15,682 nucleotides of DNA from Gemmatimonadota bacterium (GTDB lineage Bacteria; Gemmatimonadota; Gemmatimonadetes; Longimicrobiales; RSA9). A model generated the notes under the pieces. The model worked only from the letters and a program-made list of their open reading frames with translations. It searched no databases and had not been told where the DNA came from. The position numbers and the translations under genes are program-made. This document shows, piece by piece, positions 1 to 7,385 of this stretch. The first letter of the stretch is position 1. Each line of letters starts with the position of its first letter. The stretch lies in the NCBI GenBank assembly GCA_040905425.1, contig JBBDRO010000110.1, positions 1-15,682 of the forward strand, given 5' to 3'.

Positions 1-14
1 GATTCGCAGCTACG

Positions 15-461
15 TCATCCCGGTCCTACCCACACGATCTCTTCCAGACCCTCAAAGATCACCAGCGAGCGTCGCGCTGGGTTGACGGCGCCATAGCCGG
101 GCACCTCGACCGCCGCGAGGACAGCGGCTCGGACGTTCAGCTTCCCCGCCTCATCGATCATCGTACGGAACGCCAGCTCCTGCTCCTCGTCCTCGTCGGG
201 TCCGCACCAGGGGTGGCAGTTCTGTGCGTCTACCTCACCCCATTCCCCGTCGGTGCACACGATGCACTCCTCATGCATCCCGTGCTCGCCATACATGTAT
301 TTGTCTGTTTCCGTGGTGTCCGGCGGCAGCATCGTGTGATAGGTTGTTAGATCGAGCTTACAGCCGAATTCCACCTCTCCGCACTGAGCAGCGAGACCTG
401 CGGGCAGAGCCATGGCGAGTCCCGCACCGAGTCCGAGTAGCACCGTTCTGCGTTGTTCCAT
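15..461 (-). CDS. Small exported Cys/His-rich hypothetical protein
   Basis: 148-aa ORF. GGAGGG RBS just upstream of the ATG, 10 nt after the stop of the propeller gene. Signal peptide MEQRRTVLLGLGAGLAMALPAGLAA|Q. The mature part has 6 Cys and 4 His (HGMHEECIVC, CHPWC). Confidence 0.75.
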   Translation of the reverse strand: MEQRRTVLLGLGAGLAMALPAGLAAQCGEVEFGCKLDLTTYHTMLPPDTTETDKYMYGEHGMHEECIVCTDGEWGEVDAQNCHPWCGPDEDEEQELAFRTMIDEAGKLNVRAAVLAAVEVPGYGAVNPARRSLVIFEGLEEIVWVGPG

Positions 462-471
462 GCATCCCTCC

Positions 472-1710
472 CTATCGGAGATTTACGCGAGGGCCAGCCG
501 GCGTACCGTCGACTAACTTGAGCCGGACTATCTCTATGTACGGCGCACCGTCATCCATCTCCCGGTAGACCACGACCCGTCCGTCGGAGAGAAATTCGGT
601 GATGAACCCGGGATACACCTGGCTCACGAGCACGCGGGACAGATCCTGATCGATTACCTCGACCCTGCTTTCATACATTTCGGTGTGCGGCACGAAGTAC
701 CGCGCTGGCGCTTCGCAGAATCCGCTCGACCTGCATGGTGGGGGATCGCCCTCGCGCGCGCGTACGGCCCTGAACGCATCTTCGAAATCACGCGACTTCA
801 CACGGCCAACGACCCAGAGGCGGCCCGTGTTGTCCTCATGGATGTCCGCTAAATAGGGCTGAGGCGGGTGTTCGAGTGTGCCTCCCATGCCTCCTGCGAG
901 TCCGTCCGGCAGCCAATCCGCATCACGCACGACGATTTCCCTTAGCCCACCGTGTTCGTCCCACCGGGTGATGCGCAAGCTGTGCTGTTCGATCGCCACG
1001 AAATTCCCATCACGACTCCTGTCCAGGTAGCGGGTCAGCAATCGTCTGAACTGGCCGATGGGGAGCAAAGTTCCTTCGCCTTCGCCGAACGAGTTTTTGA
1101 CGACTGCTTCCCGTCCGGAAAAATCAACTAAATGAAATGGCCATCCAGCGGTCGCGGGTCTGCGCGCGCTACCCGTAACCACGACCGCTTCGGGCCAGCG
1201 GAGTGGCAGCACCTTCTCCGGTACAGGATCCCGGAGAACAATGCTCCTTACAAAATCGAAGTCCCCATCGAACACACTGAGCCGGCGAGGTAACCGGGTG
1301 TCGAGGATCACAACCGAATCGCCTACTACAGTCGCACTTCTTGTGCTTCGGTATTCGCCTGGCCCGCCTCCGAAACCGCCGACAGTCCTCAGAAAGCGTC
1401 CCTCAGAATCGAAGACCTTTACCGGGTCACCATCGGCCACTACCCAGAACCGGCCTCTCGAATCGACTGCCACGGAGTTCGGCATGTGCAATAGAAATCC
1501 GGGCCCCTCCTCCATACCGATTGTGGCTTCGACGGTGGCGGAGAGTCGGCAATCCCGACACATCCGATCGTCCCCCAAGGTGACCTGGCCGGCAACGCCG
1601 GGCGTGGAGACGGTGACGGCAACCGAGAACAGGAAGACCACACGCCGAGCTCCATGCCGGATATGCTCGAGATCCAGATTGCGGAGATAGGTTTGGCTTC
1701 CGGTGTTCAT
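472..1710 (-). CDS. Exported 6-bladed beta-propeller (NHL-like) protein
   Basis: Propeller-blade motifs such as SVAVDSRGRFWVVAD, VKVFDSEGRFLRTVGGFGGGPGEY and DIHEDNTGRLWVV. Hydrophobic N-terminal segment ending GVAG|Q. Start placed at the ATG at 1710; the ORF track extends it to 1779, so the start is uncertain. Confidence 0.8.
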   Translation of the reverse strand: MNTGSQTYLRNLDLEHIRHGARRVVFLFSVAVTVSTPGVAGQVTLGDDRMCRDCRLSATVEATIGMEEGPGFLLHMPNSVAVDSRGRFWVVADGDPVKVFDSEGRFLRTVGGFGGGPGEYRSTRSATVVGDSVVILDTRLPRRLSVFDGDFDFVRSIVLRDPVPEKVLPLRWPEAVVVTGSARRPATAGWPFHLVDFSGREAVVKNSFGEGEGTLLPIGQFRRLLTRYLDRSRDGNFVAIEQHSLRITRWDEHGGLREIVVRDADWLPDGLAGGMGGTLEHPPQPYLADIHEDNTGRLWVVGRVKSRDFEDAFRAVRAREGDPPPCRSSGFCEAPARYFVPHTEMYESRVEVIDQDLSRVLVSQVYPGFITEFLSDGRVVVYREMDDGAPYIEIVRLKLVDGTPAGPRVNLR

Positions 1711-1882
1711 CCTGCTCGCTTCCTGCTTTCGAGTTGGGAGGCGGTGGCTCGTGGCCTCGTCAGGGCCGTTGCGCTGCACCTCGCTCCGCTTCTCCTCAAA
1801 TCGGAATTGTCTTCGCCCCTTCTACCCATATAATCCGAGTCGCGACCCGAAGTCGGACACCCGCGTTTCGGCCGCCTCGATT

Positions 1883-2857
1883 TCAGCACTCCCGCAGCCC
1901 CTCGGCCAGCGTCCTGATGTGGTGATTCCGGCTGAGCACCTTCCGCAGCCTGCCCTTGACGCGCTGCACGTCAGCCCGTTGCTCGTCGAGCGGCAGGTGG
2001 CTGATTCCCAGGGCCGCGGCGTAGAGAGCGGTGTCTCGCTCGCACTCGAGGAAATGCCAGTGGATTGTCCGACACTCCTCGTCGGGCAGCAGCGGTTGAA
2101 TCTCCTCGTAGACCTCCCGGAACTGGCGCCGCCCGAGATCGTCGGCGGCGTCGGACACGCTGGTGGGCATATCCCACCACCTCTCCTCACGTGCCGTGCG
2201 CCTTTCCTGGCTTTGCAGCACGGTGCTGGCCTTCTTCCTGGCCATGTTCAACACCGCGCTCGGGTAGGGTAGCGAAGCCGTGTCAACCAGGGACCTGTAC
2301 CAACCGAGCACCACGTCCACTATGCAATCGTGCGCCCGATCTTGGCCGAGTCCCGGGTAACGCGCCGCCAGTGTGGGCACGAGCGCCAGGTACTCCGGCA
2401 GCATGCGTTCCAGCACTCGCTCAATCTCGGGGTGCAGGTAACCATCGTAGTCCTCCAGGCAGCGCGCGGGCGCGTGGCCGGCAGCCTCCACTTCCGCCTG
2501 CGCCTCCAGTAGGCAAGTCACCGCCGCGCGGAACTCCTCAGGCGTGATGGGCTTCTCCAGGACCAGGCCGGCGCCAAGTTCGTGCGCCCGCTCGCTGATC
2601 TGCTGGCTCGGACGGCCGGTGATTACCTGAGGATGCACCTGCGGGTACCTGTCGCGAACCACCTCGATCAGCTCCAGGCCGTTCATGCCGTTCAGGTACA
2701 CGTCGGCGACCAGGATGTCAGGCTCGTGCTCGGCAATCCGTTCGAGCGCCTCCTCGCCACTGGCGGCGCACTCGGCGGTGAACCCGCCTCGAGTGAGGGC
2801 GCGCACGAGCGTCCTGCGGACTACGGCTTCATCATCGACGACCAGCACGGCAGGCAT
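1883..2857 (-). CDS. Response regulator: N-terminal receiver domain fused to an ECF sigma-70-like output domain
   Basis: Intact REC residues: D8-D9-E10, phospho-acceptor D52, T80, K102-P103. The C-terminal half has a sigma2-like segment (AHDCIVDVVL) and a sigma4-like segment (LPDEECRTIHWHFLE...AAALGIS...VQRVKGRLRKVL). GAGGT RBS upstream. REC call is strong; sigma-like call is moderate. Confidence 0.8.
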   Translation of the reverse strand: MPAVLVVDDEAVVRRTLVRALTRGGFTAECAASGEEALERIAEHEPDILVADVYLNGMNGLELIEVVRDRYPQVHPQVITGRPSQQISERAHELGAGLVLEKPITPEEFRAAVTCLLEAQAEVEAAGHAPARCLEDYDGYLHPEIERVLERMLPEYLALVPTLAARYPGLGQDRAHDCIVDVVLGWYRSLVDTASLPYPSAVLNMARKKASTVLQSQERRTAREERWWDMPTSVSDAADDLGRRQFREVYEEIQPLLPDEECRTIHWHFLECERDTALYAAALGISHLPLDEQRADVQRVKGRLRKVLSRNHHIRTLAEGLREC

Positions 2858-3007
2858 GGGGCACCTCGTGTGGCGATCGACGACCTGGAGCGCGTCCGCC
2901 CGAGGGCAGGGAGGTGCATGTCAGGCGAGAGACACGCTGGCGCGGAAGCGGTCCGGATCGGCGGGTGATCGGGTCGGCCTGCGTCGGCCGGGCAGGTTAT
3001 ACTGCCC

Positions 3008-3036
3008 ACGATACCCGCCGCTCTCCGTTAGGGCAA
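3008..3036 (-). promoter_or_regulatory. Putative sigma-70 promoter for the REC-sigma gene
   Basis: On the minus strand: TTGCCC (3036-3031), 17-nt spacer, TATCGT (3013-3008). Motif match only. Confidence 0.4.
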
Positions 3037-3118
3037 GACATTTCTTTCGCCGGAGAATGCCAGGCGGAGGCGATGAAGCCGCCCTACACACGCGCACGTT
3101 CCGATTAACTGTTTGCAG

Positions 3119-3157
3119 CAAGCAAAGAGAGGCCGCCCGAACCATCCGGGCGGCCTC
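3119..3157 (-). terminator. Intrinsic terminator downstream of the caspase-like gene
   Basis: Perfect 11-bp inverted repeat GAGGCCGCCCG (3129-3139) / CGGGCGGCCTC (3147-3157), followed on the minus strand by TCTTTGCTTG, 33 nt after the stop codon. Confidence 0.7.
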
Positions 3158-3190
3158 CCTGCATGCGGGAAACGGATCGGGCAGCGCGTG

Positions 3191-4969
3191 CTACCGCTGT
3201 CCGCCTCCGCCCGCGCCGGAGCCGGCACTCGCCGCCTTGCTGGCCGGCACCACGGCCAGCGGCACGTCACCGATGCCGCTGCGCTGCGGGTGCTGGCGGC
3301 CATTGGTCTGGCCGGGCACTTCGGCGCTCACGTAGGCGGCCACCTCGGAGAAGGTGACGATGCCGTTGCCGTCGGCGTCGGCGGCGCCGGCCAGGCCCTG
3401 CATGATGTGGTGCGTGAAGACGCCGTGGCCGCCGCCCCAGCGGGTGTCCTCGTGGCTCAGCTCGTTCATGGAGGCGGCCGTCAGCACCACGCGCCGCGAG
3501 GGCGTGAAGAGCTGCGCGAAGGAGCCGCCGATGGGGTTCTCCTCCTCCATGCCCCACTGCGCGCCGCCGCTGTGGCAGGCGTCGGCGAAGACCACCACGC
3601 GCTCGGCCCTGATCTGCCGGCGGAGCGCCGTCTGCACGTCCCACATGGGCACGGCCGTGGATGCCAGCGCATCCATGTTGGCGTCCGACGGCAGCAGGTA
3701 GAGGTTCTCCGGGCGGTTCGGATCGGGCGCGCCGTGGCCGGCGTAGTAGATCACCACCAGGTCATCCCAGTCCGCCTGCTGCAGGAAGACGAACATGGCC
3801 TCGCGGATCTGCTGCGCGGTGGCGTCGCGGTCCGTGAGCAGCAGGACCTTGTCTTCCTCGAACGGCCCGGCAGCCTCCGAGAGCAGGAACTCGTGCATGG
3901 CGCGCGCGTCCGCACCTGCGAAGCGCAGGTCCGGGATGTCGGGGGAGGCGTAGTCACCCACGCCGATGACCACCGCCCAGCGGTCGCCGATGTGCGGCGC
4001 GGCGGTCACCGTGGCCACCTGCCCGCCGGGGCCCGTGGCCACCACGTGTACGCTGTCCGTGGAGGAGGGCAGCGAGAGGTTGGCGCGGAAGCGGCGCGCG
4101 CTCTCCGGCAGCCCCAGCTCACGGCGCATGTCGGCGTCCACGGCGCCGATCTCGGCGCGTGTGCCGGCCACCTCCACCGTGCTCACATCCCCGTCCACGA
4201 TGCCCTCGATGACCACGTCGTTGGTCACCTCCTGGCCGCGGCTCCGCTTCACGATGCCGATGCCGCGCGAGGCCACGTCACCATCCATGGGCGGCAGCAC
4301 GTCGGTGCGGATGATGGCCAGGCGCGGCTCGCCGCTGCGGCCACCGCCGAGCGCCGCGCCCACGGAGCCCGGATCGGGACGCATGTAGTCCGTGGGACTC
4401 CAGTCGGCCTCCTCCCATGAGTTGGCCAGCGCGCCCACGAAGGACGTCTCGCGGATGAGCTTGCGGACGGCCTCGGCAATGGCGCCGGTGCGCGCCGCCT
4501 GCTCGGTGGCGTCGGCGCGGCGGCCCTCCGTACGCTGCGAGGAGAGCACGCCGCCCGCGTCCAGGCGGATGGCGCGCAGGTCCACGGACGCGGTGCCCGT
4601 ACGCAGCCGATTGTCGGCGGGGTTCGGCACCACCTCCCAGTCGGCGTTGCCGAGCACCAGCATGTGCGCGCCGAAGTCGCGGCCGAGCTGCACAGCGGCC
4701 TGCTCGTCACCGCCGAGCGCGGCCTCGACCAGCTCCCGCTGAGCCGCCGTGTGCGCCAGCGCCGGGTCCACCAGCGGGAAGCCCGCTTCCACGAAGAAGC
4801 GGCTGACTTCCTGGGCCGCCAGGTCCCCGCCACCGTTCTCGGTGACGAAGACCAGGGTGCGCGGCAGGTCGCTGGCAAAGGTGATCTGCTGGGCCGCCGC
4901 GGCGCCACCGGTGGCCACGAGGAGCAGGGCCGCGCCCAGCAGGCGCGCGAGGTGTCGTGTGCCGATCAT
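3191..4969 (-). CDS. Exported caspase-family (peptidase C14, metacaspase-like) protease with N-terminal CsgG/FlgT-like and Ig-like domains
   Basis: C14 motifs RWAVVIGVGDY, LRFAGADA, LLTDRDAT, YYAGHG (His codon 3734-3736), FADACHSG (Cys codon 3575-3577) and GHGVFT. Signal peptide ending GGAAAA|QQ. RBS GGGAGA overlaps the upstream stop codon. Confidence 0.9.
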   Translation of the reverse strand: MIGTRHLARLLGAALLLVATGGAAAAQQITFASDLPRTLVFVTENGGGDLAAQEVSRFFVEAGFPLVDPALAHTAAQRELVEAALGGDEQAAVQLGRDFGAHMLVLGNADWEVVPNPADNRLRTGTASVDLRAIRLDAGGVLSSQRTEGRRADATEQAARTGAIAEAVRKLIRETSFVGALANSWEEADWSPTDYMRPDPGSVGAALGGGRSGEPRLAIIRTDVLPPMDGDVASRGIGIVKRSRGQEVTNDVVIEGIVDGDVSTVEVAGTRAEIGAVDADMRRELGLPESARRFRANLSLPSSTDSVHVVATGPGGQVATVTAAPHIGDRWAVVIGVGDYASPDIPDLRFAGADARAMHEFLLSEAAGPFEEDKVLLLTDRDATAQQIREAMFVFLQQADWDDLVVIYYAGHGAPDPNRPENLYLLPSDANMDALASTAVPMWDVQTALRRQIRAERVVVFADACHSGGAQWGMEEENPIGGSFAQLFTPSRRVVLTAASMNELSHEDTRWGGGHGVFTHHIMQGLAGAADADGNGIVTFSEVAAYVSAEVPGQTNGRQHPQRSGIGDVPLAVVPASKAASAGSGAGGGGQR

Positions 4970-4979
4970 ATGGGTCTCC

Positions 4980-5642
4980 CTATCTGATCCGTTCGAGCGC
5001 CGCAGGGGCGTCGGGATGCTCCGGGAAGAGCTCTAGCGTCCGTTCGTACATCTCTGCGGCGCGCGCTGTGTTGCCGCGCCGCTCGTAGTCCAGGCCTCGC
5101 GAGAAGGCCAGCGTGGCGGCTGCCGGAATGTCCAGCTCCGAAGCCAGCACAGCCCGCTCCGGCAATTCCAGGTCCGTCAGGAAACGGTCGGCCAGGCTCT
5201 CCACCACGGCCAGGAAGTCATCGGGACGCGCCGTCTCCTTGAAGGAGCGGTAGACCTGCCCCGTCTCCACGTCGGCCAGGCGGATGTCCAGCCGCGCCAT
5301 GTTGCCCGTGAGGGTGATCTGGCCCGTCACCACGTACTGCGCGCCGGCCAGCTGCCCCACACGCAGCGCGGCGTCCTCGTCGAGCTGACCGGAGACCATG
5401 GCGCCCTGCGTCTCCATGAGCGCCTCGATGCGTTCGCGCTCCACCAGCTTCACCATGCCGCGCTCGGAGAACTCCGAGGTGATCATGGCGGGGAGCGCCT
5501 CCTGCAGCCCCGAGGCGTCCTGCCCGATGGCGAACGCGCTGAAGGGCAGGATGGCCACCGTGACCTGGGACGTCTGCGCGAATAGCACCTGTGGCGCCGC
5601 CATCAGCAGAGCCAGTGGCAACGCGACTCGAAGCGTCCTCAA
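4980..5642 (-). CDS. Exported CsgG/HfaB/TolB_N-fold protein with C-terminal TPR
   Basis: Motifs TVAILPF, KLVERERIEALM and GQLAGAQYVVTG...LDIRLADVETGQ typical of this fold. One C-terminal TPR-like repeat (FSRGLDYERRGNTARAAEMYERTLELFPEH). TTG start with a strong AAGGAGGT RBS. Signal peptide VLFA|Q with no lipobox Cys. Confidence 0.85.
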   Translation of the reverse strand: MRTLRVALPLALLMAAPQVLFAQTSQVTVAILPFSAFAIGQDASGLQEALPAMITSEFSERGMVKLVERERIEALMETQGAMVSGQLDEDAALRVGQLAGAQYVVTGQITLTGNMARLDIRLADVETGQVYRSFKETARPDDFLAVVESLADRFLTDLELPERAVLASELDIPAAATLAFSRGLDYERRGNTARAAEMYERTLELFPEHPDAPAALERIR

Positions 5643-5846
5643 GGGACACCTCCTTCTAGCTGTCGGCGAGGGTTCCGGGGGAGAGCCGGGCAGGACCGCT
5701 CGACATTACGGTTCCAGCAGTTACCCCAATATAGGACGCTTTGGCCACACGCGCGAGGGTCTTGTGGGGGGAGACCCCGGATGGCGCTGGTGCGCGGGGC
5801 GCAGCGCCGCGTCCCCGGCCCCGGCCGCGCGCCAGCGGCCCGCGCA

Positions 5847-5875
5847 TTGACGGGCCGAGGCTGGCAGGGCAGGTT
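5847..5875 (+). promoter_or_regulatory. Putative sigma-70 promoter for the selenoprotein-pfk operon
   Basis: TTGACG (5847-5852), 17-nt spacer, CAGGTT (5870-5875). Good -35 box, weak -10 box. Confidence 0.4.
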
Positions 5876-5909
5876 GGTCCCTACGAACCTGAGCCCGGAG
5901 AGGTGAACC

Positions 5910-6143
5910 ATGCACGTCAGCATTGAATACTGCGTAGTCTGAAACTACGAACCGCGCGCCTCCGGTCTGGAGGCGGAGATTCGTAAGTGCTTTCCGGACG
6001 CCGAGATCGAGCTGGTGAAGTCCTCGGGCGGCGTCTTCGAGGTGAGCGTGGACGGGGAGCTGGTCCATTCCAAGAAGGAGACCGGCCGACACACCTCCTG
6101 GGAGGAGATCCGACCCCTGCTGGAGGCCCGCCGCGGTGAGTGA
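5910..6143 (+). CDS. SelW/SelT/SelH (Rdx) family selenoprotein, 77 aa, CxxU motif (absent from the ORF track)
   Basis: Manual translation reading TGA 5940-5942 as Sec gives MHVSIEYCVVUNYEPRASGLEAEIRKCFPDAEIELVKSSGGVFEVSVDGELVHSKKETGRHTSWEEIRPLLEARRGE*. It has the Rdx hallmarks IEYCxxU and GGxFEVxVDGELVHSK. Strong RBS GGAGAGGTGA at 5897-5906. The stop overlaps the pfk start. Confidence 0.93.
5946..5985 (+). promoter_or_regulatory. Bacterial SECIS-like stem-loop
   Basis: Lower stem TACGAA (5946-5951) / TTCGTA (5980-5985). Upper stem CGCCTCC (5957-5963) / GGAGGCG (5969-5975). Apical loop GGTCT starts with G, 21 nt after the UGA, matching the general bacterial SECIS model. Confidence 0.8.
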
Positions 6144-7233
6144 GCAGCCCATCCGCCGCATCGCGCTGACCACCGGCGGCGGGGACGCGCCTGGCCTGAA
6201 CGCAGTTATCCGCGCCGCCGTGCTGGCGGCCGTGCGGCGCGGCTGGGAGGTGCACGGCATCACCCGCGGCTTCGGCGGCCTGCTGGGCCAGGGGTCGATC
6301 CTCCGCCTGGACACGGACAGCGTGCGCGGCATCACCCACCTGGGCGGCACCATCCTGGGCACCACCAACCGCGGCAATCCCTTCGAGTGGCCGGTGGTCA
6401 ACGGGGACGGCAGCAGCGGCACCGTGGACCGCTCCGACGAGGTGGTGAGCGCCTTCCGGCAGCTCGACCTGGACGCCCTCATAGCCATCGGCGGGGACGG
6501 CACGCTGGAAATTGCCCACCGCCTGGCGCGCAAGGGGCTGCCGGTGGTGGGCGTACCCAAGACCATCGACAATGACCTGGCCGTCACCCAGGTCACCTTC
6601 GGCTTCCACACCGCCGTGCAGACCGCCACGGACGCCCTGGACAAGCTGCACTCCACCGCGGAGAGCCACGAGCGCGTCATGGTGGTGGAGGTCATGGGGC
6701 GCAACACGGGCTGGATCGCGCTGCACGCCGGGCTGAGCGCCACGGCGGACGTCATTCTGCTGCCCGAGATCCCCTACAGCATGGACGCCGTGGTGGAGAA
6801 GATCCACGAGCGCTACCGCGTCGGGCGCAACTTCGCCATCGTGGTGGCGGCCGAGGGCGCCGTGCCGAAGGGCGGCCAGGTGAGCCTCGTGGAGGAGGCC
6901 GCGCCCGGGCAGGCCGCCCGCCTGGGCGGCGTGGCGGAGCGGTTGGCCGCGGAGATCGAGGAGCGCACCGGCCGCCAGACGCGCTCGCTCGTGCTGGGCC
7001 ACCTCCAGCGCGGCGGCACGCCTACCTCCTACGACCGCCTCATCGCGCTCCGCTTCGGCGCGGCCGCCGTACGCTGTGTGGAGGACCGCAGCTTCGGCAC
7101 CATGGTGGCGCTCGACCCGCCCGTCATCCGCGCCGTGCCCATCGAGGACGCCATCCGGCAGATCAAGAAGGTCCCGCTGGACGGGGATACGGTGGCCACC
7201 GCGCGCGACCTGGGCATCTGCCTGGGAGACTGA
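6136..7233 (+). CDS. pfkA: 6-phosphofructokinase, PfkA family, group III-type
   Basis: Motifs TGGGDAPGLN, GGTILGT, IGGDGT, PKTIDND, GFHTA, VEVMGR and GHLQRGG. GGDG together with PKTIDND fits group III enzymes, with ATP the likely donor. GTG start. Confidence 0.95.
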   Translation: MSEQPIRRIALTTGGGDAPGLNAVIRAAVLAAVRRGWEVHGITRGFGGLLGQGSILRLDTDSVRGITHLGGTILGTTNRGNPFEWPVVNGDGSSGTVDRSDEVVSAFRQLDLDALIAIGGDGTLEIAHRLARKGLPVVGVPKTIDNDLAVTQVTFGFHTAVQTATDALDKLHSTAESHERVMVVEVMGRNTGWIALHAGLSATADVILLPEIPYSMDAVVEKIHERYRVGRNFAIVVAAEGAVPKGGQVSLVEEAAPGQAARLGGVAERLAAEIEERTGRQTRSLVLGHLQRGGTPTSYDRLIALRFGAAAVRCVEDRSFGTMVALDPPVIRAVPIEDAIRQIKKVPLDGDTVATARDLGICLGD

Positions 7234-7313
7234 ACCCGGACTGAACGGGAGCGGAACCGGGCGGGACGCGGCGGCAAGGGAACGAGTGACGCGCCTGCAG
7301 GCACGCCGCCCGG

Positions 7314-7343
7314 TGGACCCCACGGCCCCTTGCCACGTATTCT
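7314..7343 (+). promoter_or_regulatory. Putative sigma-70 promoter for the S9 peptidase
   Basis: TGGACC (7314-7319), 18-nt spacer, TATTCT (7338-7343) in a local AT-rich patch. GGAGG RBS at 7374-7378. Confidence 0.35.
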
Positions 7344-7385
7344 ATAGCGTTCGCCCCCACAGCAGAGACCCACGGAGGACCGTTC

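Noticed and set aside
200..280. c-type cytochrome heme motif in the small Cys/His-rich protein
   Set aside because: The motifs are CIVCT and CHPWC; there is no CxxCH.
1883..2857. PhyR ortholog
   Set aside because: Domain order is reversed and no nepR/ecfG-like neighbours are present.
4980..5642. Calling this gene csgG (curli secretion)
   Set aside because: No lipobox, an extra TPR, and no curlin or csgEF genes in the window; only the fold is shared.
5940..5942. In-frame TGA as a sign of a pseudogene
   Set aside because: It falls exactly at the CxxU position, is followed by a SECIS-like hairpin, and the remaining frame is intact.
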